A stretch of 62,085 nucleotides of DNA, the filler included, from Globobulimina sp. (lineage: Eukaryota), in assembly GCA_003354225.1 (NCBI GenBank). It is 22 parts of 22 records of this genome, joined end to end, with 100 filler letters (N's around TTAATTAATTAA, not from the genome) between each part and the next. Parts side by side here need not be neighbours in the genome. Positions count along the whole stretch, not along the records: positions 59,363 to 62,085 come from PIVH01005192.1; 21 more parts are not named here. The stretch is one strand, 5' to 3'. Both the position numbers and the translations under genes were made by a program. The notes below the pieces were generated by a model, which did not search any database, was not told the origin of the DNA, and worked only from the letters and a program-made list of their open reading frames with translations. Shown here in pieces: positions 60,659-62,085 of this stretch. The stretch's first letter is position 1. The number at the start of each line of letters is the position of its first letter.

Positions 60659-61477
60659 ATGGTATCAAAACCTACATTAACTGGCTATAAATCCGACAAA
60701 ACAAAGAATAAAAAATATTGCTCTCTTACTGATCACCAAGACAATGAAATACAAATAAAAACAAAAAAAGAGTGGTGCATAAATAAAAAATGTGCATCAA
60801 AACAAAAACTGAAACAAAGACAACACAATAAAAGAGAGAATAAAATGTTACGCCAAAATCATGCCAAATGTATGAAAACATTCCCAAAATTAAAAAGATT
60901 AATACACAAAACCAAAATAAAAGATATTAAAAAAGAAATTAAAGAATCATATGATTCTGAAAAGAAAATTGATATAAAATGTATTTTAAATTATAAAATA
61001 TTGCGTAAATTTAATAAAAATGTAAAGGAAAATTTAAAGATTGTTTACCATGGCACGCGTTGCAGAAACGATAAAAATATCATTGAAAAGGGATTGATTG
61101 TAGGCGGTACAAAAGGTATTGGAATACGTAGTGGCAGCGCCTATGGCCGCGGTGTGTATTGCTCACCATTTATATCGACAGCCAGTGGCTATGAAGATGG
61201 ATCAATGTTTGTTTGCGTTGTGAACAATAAAAGAGTGAATCACTTTGGATCTATTTGGGTCGTTCCCGACGATAAGGATATATTGCCACTGTTTTTAGCA
61301 TCATTTGATAAACAAAGCAGGGAAAGACAAACAAATACGAGTATAATGCAAGTGAATAGGTCTAATAATAAAAGTAATGATGGTTTAAGTCAGCAGATTA
61401 TTAAATTTATGCCTTCATTTAATACATTAAATCAAAAGAATAGAAAAATTAAAAGAAAATGGAATGCATATTACTGA
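60659..61477 (+). CDS. PARP-like ADP-ribosyltransferase, probably mono-ART
   Basis: YHGT, AYGRGVYCS..A.GY, and IWVV with no catalytic Glu. Confidence 0.8.
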   Translation: MVSKPTLTGYKSDKTKNKKYCSLTDHQDNEIQIKTKKEWCINKKCASKQKLKQRQHNKRENKMLRQNHAKCMKTFPKLKRLIHKTKIKDIKKEIKESYDSEKKIDIKCILNYKILRKFNKNVKENLKIVYHGTRCRNDKNIIEKGLIVGGTKGIGIRSGSAYGRGVYCSPFISTASGYEDGSMFVCVVNNKRVNHFGSIWVVPDDKDILPLFLASFDKQSRERQTNTSIMQVNRSNNKSNDGLSQQIIKFMPSFNTLNQKNRKIKRKWNAYY

Positions 61478-61716
61478 GACAAATTAGCTATACCGATCGT
61501 TTAGCGTTTTTCATTTTGATTTATTTTTTTGTGACTAGATCACTTGAGTAAATTAAAGGTTTTCGTCAGTCCAAAAACGTTTTTGATTACTAGTGATTTT
61601 GACGGACCTGTAACTACAGGACGCATTGGAATTTATTCTATGATTTTTATCAACTATTGTCGTCACATAAGTATTGGAAACATTTTTACCCAACTATTTA
61701 CAATCAATAATTAATT

Positions 61717-62085
61717 TCATTCAAAAGTTTTGTCAGCGCGGTTTTCATATCCGACGGTTACTATTTTATCCCAAACAGCAGCGAAATCATCATAAAATTT
61801 CTGATTATCTGCTGCGTAATTTTGTACAATATGATATGTTAATTGTTGAATATCGTATTTACTATTTTCAACATAATTTGGTAACGGACATATTTTTGAA
61901 TCATTATATGAAAAAGGTGTTGTTTGGCAATCTATTCTACCAAAATGCAAAGATATCCGTAACGTATCCATCTCCAATAAGTGTAAATTATCATTTTCTA
62001 ACAAACGTTTCTGTGCATTCATTTTGGATAACAGATAAGAAACAAGTATATGGGATTGGGTGCAATTCGAACAAACAAATGGGTT
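61717..62085 (-). pseudogene. Heme peroxidase (class I-like) C-terminal fragment, apparently internally deleted
   Basis: FGRIDC..LP runs almost directly into YAADNQKFYDDFAAVWDKI. The proximal-His segment is absent. Confidence 0.6.

Overview
This window is not one locus. It concatenates 22 size-sorted contigs of about 2.72-2.73 kb, joined by artificial 100-bp linkers (N-run, TTAATTAATTAA, N-run). About 20 contigs are AT-rich eukaryotic DNA with short introns and tightly packed genes. My inference is a protist, most likely a foraminiferan. Recognisable products include a mitochondrial carrier, TAF10, an EEP hydrolase, kynureninase, a P2X-like channel, an RNF213-like ATPase, RNase H1, USP proteases, a C-type lectin, PP4, an acyl-CoA synthetase, RRM, RCC1, PARP-like and peroxidase proteins. 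Several are frameshifted or truncated. One contig (50894-53616) looks different and carries a MITE. Two contigs stand out. (1) 45247-47970 is prokaryotic or phage-like. A truncated microcompartment shell gene is joined to an array of small orphan ORFs built from reusable promoter, leader and terminator parts. A fixed-spacing structured spacer with a recombination-site-like core occurs twice. (2) 1-2730 holds a Crypton-like tyrosine recombinase 3' end, two long palindromes sharing a core motif, and a possible recombinase 5' end, consistent with a circle or tandem junction. All protein calls come from motif recognition by eye; no searches were run.
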